NCBI GenBank assembly: GCA_026125445.1
Contig: JAHCLE010000002.1
Location: forward strand, 946-64,945
Length of the DNA: 64,000 nucleotides
Direction: 5' to 3'
DNA from: Burkholderiales bacterium
GTDB lineage: Bacteria > Pseudomonadota > Gammaproteobacteria > Burkholderiales > Usitatibacteraceae
This document shows positions 36,424 to 45,702 of the stretch, piece by piece. Position numbers and translations under genes: made by a program. The first letter of the stretch is position 1. Each line of letters starts with the position of its first letter. The notes beneath the pieces are model-generated. The model saw only the letters and a program-made list of their open reading frames with translations, ran no database searches and was not told where the DNA came from.

Positions 36424-37302
36424 TCAGTCCTCGTAGTGGATGCCGGCGGGCGTGAGCCGGGCGGTGGCGCGACGCGCCGCGTGGCACTGCATGTTCACGG
36501 CCACCGGGTTCATGGTGATGTGGGTCGCCGCGAGCTCGACGTGCACCGCGAAGGCCGTGGAATCGCCGCCCAGGCCCTGCGGCCCCACCCCCAGGCGGTT
36601 GACGGCCGCCGTGAGCTCCTCCTCGAGCTTCGCGCCCTCGGTGTCGGCGCAGCGGCTTCCCAGGGGCCGGGAGGTGGCGGCCACCTTCGCCAGGTGCACG
36701 CACAGGTCCGCGGAGCCGCCGATGCCCACGCCCACGATCGTGGGCGGGCAGGTCTTGCCGCCGGCCGAGAGCACGCTGTCGATCACGAAGGCCTTCACCG
36801 CCGCGATGCCCTCGGCCGGCACCGCCATGCGCAGGAAGGTGTTGTTCTCCGAGCCGCTGCCCTTGGGCACCATCTCGATGGCGAGCTCCTCCGGCGCCTC
36901 CGAGAAGGAGACGTGAACCACGGGCACGCGGATGCCGCAGGAGCTGTGCTGGTTCACGCGCGTGATCGGGTGCACGACGGAGGAGCGCAGCGGGTGCTCG
37001 CGCGTCGCACGCTCGCAGCCGCGGCGAATGGCGGCCTCCAGGTCCACGCCGTCGACCTGCACGCCGCGGCCCAGGGTCACGTTGTAGATCGGGATGCCCG
37101 TGTCCTGGCAGGTGAGGTTGTCGGTGGCCTCGGCCACCTCGATGTTCCTCACCAGGGTGGCGAGGATGCCGCGGGCGCCGGCCTGCGTCTCCGTTCCCGA
37201 GAGCCGCTCGAAGCCCGCCTTCACGTCCGCCGGCAGCACCTTCACCGCGCGGATGTAGAGCGCCTTCGCGATCTCCTCCACTGCCTGCAGGTCGACCCGC
37301 AT
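36424..37302 (-). CDS. Fe-S type hydro-lyase alpha subunit (class I fumarate hydratase / L-tartrate dehydratase alpha type)
   Basis: 292 aa. 'CQDTGIP', 'PKGSGSEN' and 'CPPTIVGVGIGGS' are typical of the FumA N-terminal / TtdA family. Confidence 0.85.
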   Translation of the reverse strand: MRVDLQAVEEIAKALYIRAVKVLPADVKAGFERLSGTETQAGARGILATLVRNIEVAEATDNLTCQDTGIPIYNVTLGRGVQVDGVDLEAAIRRGCERATREHPLRSSVVHPITRVNQHSSCGIRVPVVHVSFSEAPEELAIEMVPKGSGSENNTFLRMAVPAEGIAAVKAFVIDSVLSAGGKTCPPTIVGVGIGGSADLCVHLAKVAATSRPLGSRCADTEGAKLEEELTAAVNRLGVGPQGLGGDSTAFAVHVELAATHITMNPVAVNMQCHAARRATARLTPAGIHYED

Positions 37303-37321
37303 GTCCGATGTCTCCTTGCGA

Positions 37322-37678
37322 TCAGCCGATGAGCGCCAGCGCGAACGCGAGGCCCGCGAGGACGCCGAAGCCCGCCGTGGCCGCCACGAGGTCCTTGCGC
37401 AGCCCCGACCAGGCGCCGAACTCGATCACCAGCAGGCGAACGCCGCCCGCCGCGTGCAGGGCGAGCAGCACCACGAGTCCCCATTCCGCGGCCTTCACCA
37501 GCGGCTGGTCCGCGAAGCGCAGGAACGCGTCCAGCGCCGCCTCGCCCTCGAGCGCGCGCCCCAGGGCCCAGAAGTGCAGCGGCAGGAACGCGGCCAGCGC
37601 GAGCCCCGAGAGCCGGTGCACGAGGAAGGCCCACCACGCCGGGTGGGCGCGCGCGCGAAAGTCGATGGCCGGCCTCAT
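37322..37678 (-). CDS. small membrane anchor subunit (FrdD/SdhD-like), 3 TM
   Basis: 118 aa hydrophobic protein. ATGA overlap with the preceding anchor gene. Called from position within the frd-like operon. Confidence 0.6.
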   Translation of the reverse strand: MRPAIDFRARAHPAWWAFLVHRLSGLALAAFLPLHFWALGRALEGEAALDAFLRFADQPLVKAAEWGLVVLLALHAAGGVRLLVIEFGAWSGLRKDLVAATAGFGVLAGLAFALALIG

Positions 37679-38016
37679 CCCGCCACCACCGCCCAGACGG
37701 CGCGCAGTCCCAGCACCGCCACCGCGAGCCCGAAGGCCATCGCCAGCGCCCTCGCGGGCCGGCCCTCCAGCCGCAGCCACTCCTCGGCGATGGTCGCGAG
37801 CCCCAGGGAGGCGTGCACGGCCGCGGCCAGCACGAAGGCCGAATAGAAGGCGCCGGCGAGCACGCTCCCGCGCGTGCGCCCGAGGATCTCGGCGGCCGAG
37901 AGCCCCCCGCGCACGGCGAGCACCATCGTGGCGAGGTGCACCAGCACGAGGACGGCGAGCGCCATCGCGGTGAGGCGCTGCCAGTACCAGCGCTTCGCCC
38001 CCGCCACGCCGCTCAC
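37675..38016 (-). CDS. small membrane anchor subunit (FrdC/SdhC-like), 3 TM
   Basis: 113 aa hydrophobic protein. GTG at 38016 overlaps the Fe-S subunit stop (GTGA). Confidence 0.6.
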   Translation of the reverse strand: MSGVAGAKRWYWQRLTAMALAVLVLVHLATMVLAVRGGLSAAEILGRTRGSVLAGAFYSAFVLAAAVHASLGLATIAEEWLRLEGRPARALAMAFGLAVAVLGLRAVWAVVAG

Positions 38017-38729
38017 AGCTTCCCCCGGATGGCCGCGCGCGCCACGAGGCGCTTCAGGCCCGCGATCCCCGCCGTGGGCTCGATGCCCTTGGGGCAGCGC
38101 TCGCTGCAGGAGCCCTGCGTGTGGCAGGCGTGGCAGCCCGCGTCGCCGGCCACGGCCCGCAGGCGCTCGGCGCCCGCGGTGTCGCGCTCGTCGTTCACCA
38201 GCGTCCAGGCGCGGTTCAGGGCGGCCGGCCCGAGGAAGGCCGGGCGCCAGGCCACCACGTCGCACGAGGCGTAGCACACGCCGCAGCCGATGCACTCGAT
38301 GCCCGCGTCGGCGGCCCGGCGCGCGCTCGAGGCGGGGTCCACGCGCGCGAAGCCGTCGCGGCGGGTGGCCGCGCCCGAGAAGCGGCCGCGCGCGCGCGCC
38401 CACTTGTCGAAGAAGCCGCTCATGTCGGTGGCGAGGTCGCGGATCACCGGCAGGTTCGCGAGCGGGGCGATCTCGAGCTCGCCGTCGCGGGCGACCTTCG
38501 AGACGTGGGTGCGGCAGGTCCAGCGCGCCACGCCGTTCACGCTCATGGCGCAGGAGCCGCACATGCCCACGCGGCAGGCGTAGCGGTAGGCGAGCGAGGG
38601 CTCGAGGTTGCGCTGGATCCAGGTGACCACGTCGAGCACCGTCTGGCTCTCGCGGCGCGGCACGCGGTAGGTCGCGAACTCGCCGCTCTCGCGCCCCCGC
38701 CAGATCCGTACGACCAGCTCAGCGTCCAC
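38013..38729 (-). CDS. succinate dehydrogenase/fumarate reductase iron-sulfur subunit
   Basis: 'CRVGMCGSCAMSVNG' 2Fe-2S, 'CIGCGVCYASC' and 'CHACHTQGSCSERCP' cluster motifs. GTG 38729 has a GGAG RBS. The longest ORF reaches 38771. Confidence 0.85.
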   Translation of the reverse strand: MDAELVVRIWRGRESGEFATYRVPRRESQTVLDVVTWIQRNLEPSLAYRYACRVGMCGSCAMSVNGVARWTCRTHVSKVARDGELEIAPLANLPVIRDLATDMSGFFDKWARARGRFSGAATRRDGFARVDPASSARRAADAGIECIGCGVCYASCDVVAWRPAFLGPAALNRAWTLVNDERDTAGAERLRAVAGDAGCHACHTQGSCSERCPKGIEPTAGIAGLKRLVARAAIRGKL

Positions 38730-38850
38730 CCTCGCTCCCCCATACCCGGCCCAGGCACGGGCCGCGGCCATTGTGGCAAACCGCCCTCCCGGAAGGAAGG
38801 GGCCGGCCGATCGCCGTCGCCGGCTACGCTCCCATGATGGCCCAGGAAAT

Positions 38851-38895
38851 TTGTAAACAAAAGTGTTGACAGTTTCGCGGCAAACACGCTAGCGT
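38851..38895 (+). promoter_or_regulatory. GntR-type box TTGTAAACAA followed by candidate sigma70 promoter TTGACA-N18-TAGCGT
   Basis: Box at 38851-38860, TTGACA at 38866-38871, TAGCGT at 38890-38895. Lies upstream of the GntR gene start (GTG 38922, GGAGGA RBS). Confidence 0.4.
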
Positions 38896-38921
38896 CGGGC
38901 ATACCCCCCAGGAGGACGACG

Positions 38922-39617
38922 GTGGCCCGAGCCGCCCCGAAATCGCGACCCGCCGCCGGGCGGACCCGGCGCTCGCCCGCGAGCGTGGCCCAGATCGTGG
39001 CCGCGCTGCGCGCGCGCATCGCCGCGCAGGACATTCCCCCGGGGGCGAAGCTTCGCGAGTCGGACCTCGCCGAGGAGTTCGGCGTGCCGCGCACGCGCGT
39101 TCGCGACGCGCTCGCCGCCCTGGAGCAGCGCGGCCTCGTCGAGCGCATCCCCAACCGCGGCGCCGTGGTGATGCGGCTGGACCTCTCCCAGGTGTTCGAC
39201 ATCTACGAGCTGCGCGAGGTGCTGGAGGGGCTCGCCGCGCGCCTGGCCACCGAGCGCGGTCCCCGCGAGCGCTGGCGCCGGGAGCTCGATCTCTTCCAGG
39301 GCCCGATGAAGGATCTCGTGGCGAGGAACGAGCTCGACCCCTACATCGAGCGCTACGAGGCGCTTCGCCGCAGCATCATCGAGGCGGCCGGCAACCCGGT
39401 GCTCGCCGAGATGCTCGACACCATCTACGAGAAGACGCAGGCGCTCATCCGCCGCATCCTCATCCTCCCCGGGCGCGCGGAGGTGGGCCGCCAGCAGCAC
39501 GTGGCCCTGCTCGAGGCCATGGTCCAGGGCAAGGCCGAGCTCGCGGAGCAGCGCCGCCGCGAGGGCCTGAGGAGCGCCCGCGCCCACCTCGAGAAGTTCC
39601 AGAAGTACATCCTCTGA
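38922..39617 (+). CDS. GntR family (FadR/FCD subfamily) transcriptional regulator
   Basis: 231 aa. wHTH 'LRESDLAEEFGVPRTRVRDALAALEQRGLVERIPNRGA' plus an FCD domain. Confidence 0.85.
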   Translation: MARAAPKSRPAAGRTRRSPASVAQIVAALRARIAAQDIPPGAKLRESDLAEEFGVPRTRVRDALAALEQRGLVERIPNRGAVVMRLDLSQVFDIYELREVLEGLAARLATERGPRERWRRELDLFQGPMKDLVARNELDPYIERYEALRRSIIEAAGNPVLAEMLDTIYEKTQALIRRILILPGRAEVGRQQHVALLEAMVQGKAELAEQRRREGLRSARAHLEKFQKYIL

Positions 39618-39625
39618 GGCCATCC

Positions 39626-40879
39626 GTGGACGCCGCGCCGACCCCTGCCTCCTCTCCCGACGGACCGCTCTCGGGCTACCGCGTCCTCGAGCTGGGCTCG
39701 ACCGTCGCGGGCCCGTTTTGCGGCCGCCTGCTCGCGGACTTCGGCGCCGAGGTGATCAAGGTGGAGCCGGCCGAGGGCGACCCGGTGCGCACCATGGGCA
39801 AGCGCTTCCACGGCAAGTCGCTCTACGCCGCCAGCATCTTCCGCAACAAGTCGCTCATCGGCGTGGACCTGCGAAAGCCCGAGGGCCAGGCGATCGTGGC
39901 GGGCCTGGCCGCGAAGAGCGACGTGCTGGTGGAGAACTTCCGCCCCGGCGCGCTCGAGAAGTGGGGCCTGGGCTACGAGGCGCTGAGCGCGCGCAATCCC
40001 GGGCTCGTGATGGTGCGCATCAGCGGCTTCGGCCAGGACGGGCCCTACAGCCAGCGCGCGGGCTACGGCGTGATCGGCGAGGCGGTGAGCGGGCTTCGCC
40101 ACCTCACCGGCGACCCGGACCGGCCGCCCGCGCGCGTGGCCGTCTCCATGACCGACTACATCACCGGGCTCTACGCCGCCTTCGGCACCACCCTCGCCCT
40201 CCTCGCCCGCGGCCGGACGGGGCGCGGGCAGGTGATCGACGCCGCGCTCTACGAGTGCGCCTTCAGCTTCATGGAGCCGTGGATCCCGGCCTACGAGAAG
40301 ATGGGACACGTCGCGAACCGCTGCGGCTCGCGCCTGCCCGAGAGCACGCCCAACAACCTCTACGCCACCGGCGACGCGGGCTTCATCCACATCACCGCCA
40401 TGGGCGACGCCGTCTTCGGCCGCCTGTGCGCCGCCATGGGCCAGCCCGGGCTCGCGCAGGACGAGCGCTTCCGCGCGGCCACCGCGCGCTCCGCCAACCA
40501 CGAGGCGCTCGACGACGCGATCGGCCGCTGGACCGCGAGCCTGCCACTGGCCACGCTCGAGAAGGTCCTCGAGGAGGCCGGCGTGCCCGCCACCCGCATC
40601 TTCACCATCGCCGACATCTTCGGCGACCCGCACTACCGCGCCCGCGGCTCCATCGTGCAGGCCCCCGACCCCGACTTCGGCTCGGTGGCGATGGCCACGC
40701 CCGTGCCGCGCCTGTCGGCCACGCCGGGCGCGGTCCGCCACGCCGGCCACCGCGTCGGCGAGGACACGCGCGAAGTCCTCGCCACGCTCCTCGGCCTGGA
40801 CGAGGCGCGCCTCGATGCCCTCGCGGCCGCCGGCGTCATCGCCTCCCCCGCCACCCGCGCCACCGAAAGCACGCCATGA
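39626..40879 (+). CDS. family III (CaiB/BaiF) CoA-transferase
   Basis: 417 aa. 'GYRVLELGSTVAGPFCGRLLADFGAEVIKVE', 'VENFRPG' and 'SMTDYITG' (catalytic Asp context). Confidence 0.9.
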   Translation: MDAAPTPASSPDGPLSGYRVLELGSTVAGPFCGRLLADFGAEVIKVEPAEGDPVRTMGKRFHGKSLYAASIFRNKSLIGVDLRKPEGQAIVAGLAAKSDVLVENFRPGALEKWGLGYEALSARNPGLVMVRISGFGQDGPYSQRAGYGVIGEAVSGLRHLTGDPDRPPARVAVSMTDYITGLYAAFGTTLALLARGRTGRGQVIDAALYECAFSFMEPWIPAYEKMGHVANRCGSRLPESTPNNLYATGDAGFIHITAMGDAVFGRLCAAMGQPGLAQDERFRAATARSANHEALDDAIGRWTASLPLATLEKVLEEAGVPATRIFTIADIFGDPHYRARGSIVQAPDPDFGSVAMATPVPRLSATPGAVRHAGHRVGEDTREVLATLLGLDEARLDALAAAGVIASPATRATESTP

Positions 40880-42450
40880 ACGCCCCGCACACCCCCTCCC
40901 CGCCCGATCCCCTTCAGGAGCGCGCCGACCGCATCGAGCGGGAATTCGCCGCACGCGAGGCGACCGCGCTCGCCATGGGCGGCCCCGCCAAGCTCGAGCG
41001 CCGGCGCGCCGCGGGGCTTCTCAACGCCCGCGAGCGCCTGGCGAAGCTCGTCGACGAGGGCAGCTTCATCGAGTCCGGCCGCTTCACCACCTCGACCAAT
41101 CCCCCCGACCGCGAAAAGTCGCCCTGCGACGGCAAGATCGCCGGCTTCGGCCGCATCGACGGGCGCGAGGCCGCCATCGTCTCCAACGACTTCACCGTGT
41201 TCGGCGCCTCCAGCGGCGCCACCAACGGCCGCAAGATCGCGCACATGAAGCGCGTGGCCACCGAGCGCGGCATCCCGCTCGTGTTCCTGGGCGAGTCCTC
41301 GGGGGCGCGCATGCCCGACCACATGGGCTCGCGCGGCATGGGCACGCTGCTGGGCAACGACGGCCTGCAGTACCGGCGCATGCGCGAGGTGCCGTGGGTG
41401 TCCGCGACGCTGGGCTACTCCTACGGGTCGTCGTCCTGGTACGCGGTGCTCTCCGACTTCAACGTGATGCGCAAGGGGGCGGTGATGGCGGTGTCCTCGT
41501 CGCTTCTCGCCTCGCTCGCGATCAAGGAGGAAGTGGACCCCGAGGAGCTGGGCGGCTGGCGCCTGCACGCGGAGGTGACGGGCTTCGCCGACCAGGTGGT
41601 GGACAGCGACGAGGAGGCGATGGAGGCCATCAAGCGCTTCCTCTCCTACCTGCCGAGCCACCACAACGAGGCCCCGCCCGTGCGCGCGGTGCCGGCGGGC
41701 TCCGGGGCCGGGATGAAGGACATCCTGCGCCACCTGCCGGCGAAGCGAACGCAGGTCTACGACGTGAGGAAGATCATCCGCGACGTGGTGGACGCCGACA
41801 GCTTCCTCGAGCTCAAGCCGCGCTTCGGCAAGGTGGCCGTCACGGGGCTCGCCCGGCTGGACGGGCGCACGGTGGGGATCGTGGCCAACAACCCGCTGCA
41901 CAAGGGCGGGGCGATGGACACCGAGGCCTGCGAGAAGATGACGAGCTTCGTGGTGCTGTGCGACTCCTTCAACATCCCGCTGGTGATGTTCGTCGACACG
42001 CCCGGCTTCGTGATCGGCACCGACGCCGAGAGGAAGCGCGCCCCCGGCAAGATCATGAACCACATGAACGCGCTCTCGCTCACCACGGTGCCCAAGATCT
42101 CGGTGATCCTGAGGAAGAGCTACGGCCAGGCCTACCTCAACATGGGCGGCGGCCGGAACTCCGACGAGGTCGCCGCCTGGCCCACCGCGGAGGTGAGCTT
42201 CATGGACGCCAACTTCGCCGTGAAGATCGTGCACGGCCTGGAGCCCGGCCAGCCGGGCTTCGAGGAGGCCTACGCGAAGATGGGCCGCGACAGCGAGGTG
42301 TGGGACATCGCCTCGGTCTTCGCGGTGCAGTCCGTCATCCGCCCGGAGGAGACGCGCGACTACCTCGTGCGCATGCTGGAAGTGCACCGGCTGCGGCTCA
42401 CCCACGGCGTCGGCCAGCGCCTCATGCGCGCCTGGCCCACGAGCTACTGA
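40876..42450 (+). CDS. acyl-CoA carboxylase carboxyltransferase (beta) subunit, copy 1
   Basis: 524 aa from the ATG at 40876 (ATGA overlap). PccB/AccD5-like, two crotonase-fold halves ('GRIDGREAAIVSNDFTVFGAS', 'VGIVANNP'). Confidence 0.9.
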   Translation: MNAPHTPSPPDPLQERADRIEREFAAREATALAMGGPAKLERRRAAGLLNARERLAKLVDEGSFIESGRFTTSTNPPDREKSPCDGKIAGFGRIDGREAAIVSNDFTVFGASSGATNGRKIAHMKRVATERGIPLVFLGESSGARMPDHMGSRGMGTLLGNDGLQYRRMREVPWVSATLGYSYGSSSWYAVLSDFNVMRKGAVMAVSSSLLASLAIKEEVDPEELGGWRLHAEVTGFADQVVDSDEEAMEAIKRFLSYLPSHHNEAPPVRAVPAGSGAGMKDILRHLPAKRTQVYDVRKIIRDVVDADSFLELKPRFGKVAVTGLARLDGRTVGIVANNPLHKGGAMDTEACEKMTSFVVLCDSFNIPLVMFVDTPGFVIGTDAERKRAPGKIMNHMNALSLTTVPKISVILRKSYGQAYLNMGGGRNSDEVAAWPTAEVSFMDANFAVKIVHGLEPGQPGFEEAYAKMGRDSEVWDIASVFAVQSVIRPEETRDYLVRMLEVHRLRLTHGVGQRLMRAWPTSY

Positions 42451-42451
42451 C

Positions 42452-43822
42452 ATGGCCGTCTTCTCCAAGGTCGTCGTCGCCAACCGCGGAGCCGTGGCCG
42501 CGCGGGTGCTGCGGGCCCTGAACGCCCTGGGCGTGCACTCCCTCGCCGTTTATTCCGACGCCGACCGCGGCGCCCCCTGGCTGGGGATGGCGAGCGAGAC
42601 GGCGCACATCGGCGGCTCCCCGGCCCGCGAGAGCTACCTCAACCAGGAGGCGATCCTGGAGGCCGCGCGCCACGCCCACGCCGACGCGCTGCACCCGGGC
42701 TACGGCTTCCTCTCGGAGAACGCCGGCTTCGCCGCGCGCGTCGAGGAGTGCGGGCTTCGCTTCATCGGGCCCTCGCCGCGCTGGATCGACGCCATGGGCC
42801 ACAAGACGCGCGCCCGCGTGCTGGCCGGCGAGCACGGCCTGCCGGTGGGGCACGGCTCCGGCGTGCTGCCCGCCGAGCCCGACGCGATCCTGCGCGCGGC
42901 CGAGGCCATCGGCTATCCCGTGCTGGTGAAGCCCGCGGCCGGCGGCGGCGGCATCGGCATGCTCCCCGCGAGGACGCCGGAGCAGCTGCTCGCGGCCGTG
43001 GAGCGCGCCGCCTCCATGGCCGAGCGCGGGTTCGCGAGCCGCGAGGTCTACCTGGAGCGCCTCGTGGACCGGCCGCGGCACGTCGAGATCCAGCTCCTGG
43101 GCGACCGCCACGGCCGCGTGGCCCACGTCTTCGAGCGCGACTGCTCGGTGCAGCGCCGGCACCAGAAGATCCTCGAGGAGGCCGCCGCCCCGAACCTCGC
43201 GCGCGAGGCGATCGACCCGCTGCTCGAGCGCGTGGCGGCCACCTTCGGCAGGCTGGGCTACGACAACCTGGGCACGGTGGAGATGCTGCTCGCCCCCGAC
43301 GGCGAGTTCCGCTTCCTGGAGATGAACACCCGCCTGCAGGTCGAGCACGGCGTCACCGAGGAGGTGACCGGCATCGACCTCGTGGCCGCCCAGGTGCGCT
43401 CGGCCGCCGGCGCTCCGCTCACGGAGGTCCTGCCCGACGCGCCGCGGCTTCGCGGCCACGCCATCCAGGCGCGCGTCTACGCCGAGGACCCGAAGCGCTT
43501 CCTCCCCTCCCCCGGCCGGCTCGTGGAATTCGAGCCGCCGGTCGCGCGCGGCATTCGCGTCGACACGGGCTACGCGGCCGGCCGCGAGGTCACCCCGCAC
43601 TACGACCCGCTGGTGGCCAAGGTGATCGCCCACGGGGCGAGCCGCGCCGAGGCGATCGACCGGCTCGTCGACGCCCTCGCGAGCTTCCGCATCTCGGGGA
43701 TCAAGCACAACATCCCGGCGCTCGTCGCGATCCTCGACTCCGGGGAGTTCCGCGCGGGCGACGTCCACACCGGGCTCGCGGCCGAGGTGGTGGCCCGCGC
43801 CGCCCCGCAGCCCGTCACCTGA
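42452..43822 (+). CDS. biotin carboxylase
   Basis: 456 aa. 'KVVVANRGAVA', 'GYPVLVKPAAGGGGIGM' and 'EMNTRLQVEHGVTE' motifs. Confidence 0.95.
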   Translation: MAVFSKVVVANRGAVAARVLRALNALGVHSLAVYSDADRGAPWLGMASETAHIGGSPARESYLNQEAILEAARHAHADALHPGYGFLSENAGFAARVEECGLRFIGPSPRWIDAMGHKTRARVLAGEHGLPVGHGSGVLPAEPDAILRAAEAIGYPVLVKPAAGGGGIGMLPARTPEQLLAAVERAASMAERGFASREVYLERLVDRPRHVEIQLLGDRHGRVAHVFERDCSVQRRHQKILEEAAAPNLAREAIDPLLERVAATFGRLGYDNLGTVEMLLAPDGEFRFLEMNTRLQVEHGVTEEVTGIDLVAAQVRSAAGAPLTEVLPDAPRLRGHAIQARVYAEDPKRFLPSPGRLVEFEPPVARGIRVDTGYAAGREVTPHYDPLVAKVIAHGASRAEAIDRLVDALASFRISGIKHNIPALVAILDSGEFRAGDVHTGLAAEVVARAAPQPVT

Positions 43823-43833
43823 AGGAGCGACCC

Positions 43834-44055
43834 TTGGCAACGATCGAAGTGCAATCCGTGGTAACCGGCTCGGTCTGGAAGATCGAGGCGGCCGTCGGCC
43901 AGCGGCTCGAGCCCGGCGACGTGATCATGATCCTCGAGTCCATGAAGATGGAGATCCCGGTGATCGCGGAAGACGGCGGCACGCTCAGGGAGCTGCGCGT
44001 CGCCGAGGGCGTGCCCGTGACCGAGGGACAGGTCGTGGCGGTGGTCGAGGAATGA
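43834..44055 (+). CDS. biotin carboxyl carrier protein (biotinyl domain only)
   Basis: 73 aa from a TTG start with a GAAGGAG RBS. 'ILESMKMEIPV' biotinylation motif. Confidence 0.8.
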   Translation: MATIEVQSVVTGSVWKIEAAVGQRLEPGDVIMILESMKMEIPVIAEDGGTLRELRVAEGVPVTEGQVVAVVEE

Positions 44056-45662
44056 GCGCGAAGCCCGAATCGCCGGCGGCGCCCCCGCCGACCGAGCCGG
44101 CCGACTGGAGCGCGGAGCTCGACGAGCTGCGGCTGCGCCGCGAGCAGTCGCTGGCGCTGGGCGGGACCGAGGCCGTGCAACGCCACCATGACCAGGGCCG
44201 CCTCACCATCCGCGAGCGTATCGGCTCGCTCGTCGACGCGAACTCCTTCCAGGAGGTCGGACGCCTCACCGGCTCCGGCCGCTACGAGAACGGCCGCCTC
44301 GCGGGCGTGACGCCGGCCCCGTACGTGATGGGCCTCGCCTCGATCGGCGGGCGGCCCGTGGCCATCGGAGGGGAGGACTTCACGATCCGCGGCGGAACGA
44401 GCTGGAGCGGCGACCGCAAGAAGGGCGGCCAGGGCGGTTTCGTGGAGGATCTCGCCCACGAGTACCGCATCCCGCTGGTGAACCTCATCGACGGCGCCGG
44501 CGGCAGCGTCACCTCCATCCAGCGCCGCGGGCACGCGGTCTTCCCCGGCGTGCACGGCTTCGAGCAGTCGGTGCGCCTCATGGGCGAGGTGCCCGTGGTG
44601 TGCGCGGTGATGGGCACCGCGGCCGGCGGCCCGGCCGGGCGCGCGATCCTCGCGCACTGGTCGGTCATGGTGAAGGGCACGAGCCAGGTGTTCGCCGCCG
44701 GCCCGCCGGTGGTGGAGCGCTCGCTGGGCCAGAAGATCGACAAGGAGGCGCTGGGCGGCGCGGCGCTCGCCGCCGACCTCGCCGGCACCATCGACCAGGT
44801 GGCCGCGAGCGAGGCCGAGTGCTTCGACATGATCCGCCGGTACCTGAGCTACATGCCGCAGAACGTCTGGGAGCTGCCGCCCGTGGTGAAGACGGGCGAC
44901 CCCGTGGACCGCTGCGAGGACGGCCTCAAGGACATCGTGCCCCGCAACCGGCGCCGGCCCTACGACATGCGGAAGATCGTGCGCTGGATCGCCGACCGCG
45001 ACTCGGTGTTCGAGCTGCAGCCCTCCTTCGGCAAGGCGGTGATCACGAGCCTCGCGCGCATGAACGGGCGCGTGGTGGGCATCATCGCCAACAACCCCAT
45101 GGTCTACGGCGGCGCCATCGACGTGAAGGCCGCGCGCAAGCAGACGCACTTCGTGGAGCTGTGCGACTGCTTCCACATCCCCATCGTCTTCCTCGTCGAC
45201 GTTCCGGGATTCATGGTCGGGCGCGACGCCGAGGCCGCGGCCACGCTGCGCGAGGGCATGAGGAGCGTCTACGTGAGCCTGCAGGCCACGGTGCCCATGT
45301 ACACGGTGGTGATCCGCAAGTGCTACGGCATGGCCGGGATGGGCGCCACCGACAAGAACGGGCTGGACCTCAAGATCGCGTGGCCCTCGGCCGAGTGGGG
45401 ATCGCTGCCGATCGAGGGCGGGGTCGCCGCCGCCTTCCGCAAGGAGATCGCGGCCGCCCCGGACCCCAAGGCCCGCGAGGCCGAGATCGAGGCATCATTG
45501 CGCGCGGACGCCTCCCCCTTCAGGACCGCCGAGGCCTTCGGCGTGGAGGAGATCGTCGACCCGCGCGAGACCCGTCCGTACCTGTGCCGATTCATCGACG
45601 CGGCGCAGGCCCGCCTTGCCACGCACGTGGGACCGAAACCCAAGTACGGCGTCAGACCGTAA
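44052..45662 (+). CDS. acyl-CoA carboxylase carboxyltransferase (beta) subunit, copy 2
   Basis: 536 aa. ATGA overlap with the BCCP stop. Same fold as copy 1 but clearly divergent ('GGRPVAIGGEDFTIRGGT', 'VGIIANNP'). Confidence 0.9.
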   Translation: MSAKPESPAAPPPTEPADWSAELDELRLRREQSLALGGTEAVQRHHDQGRLTIRERIGSLVDANSFQEVGRLTGSGRYENGRLAGVTPAPYVMGLASIGGRPVAIGGEDFTIRGGTSWSGDRKKGGQGGFVEDLAHEYRIPLVNLIDGAGGSVTSIQRRGHAVFPGVHGFEQSVRLMGEVPVVCAVMGTAAGGPAGRAILAHWSVMVKGTSQVFAAGPPVVERSLGQKIDKEALGGAALAADLAGTIDQVAASEAECFDMIRRYLSYMPQNVWELPPVVKTGDPVDRCEDGLKDIVPRNRRRPYDMRKIVRWIADRDSVFELQPSFGKAVITSLARMNGRVVGIIANNPMVYGGAIDVKAARKQTHFVELCDCFHIPIVFLVDVPGFMVGRDAEAAATLREGMRSVYVSLQATVPMYTVVIRKCYGMAGMGATDKNGLDLKIAWPSAEWGSLPIEGGVAAAFRKEIAAAPDPKAREAEIEASLRADASPFRTAEAFGVEEIVDPRETRPYLCRFIDAAQARLATHVGPKPKYGVRP

Positions 45663-45702
45663 GCCAGCGAGCGAAGCACCGACAACGACAGGAGGATTCG
45701 AC

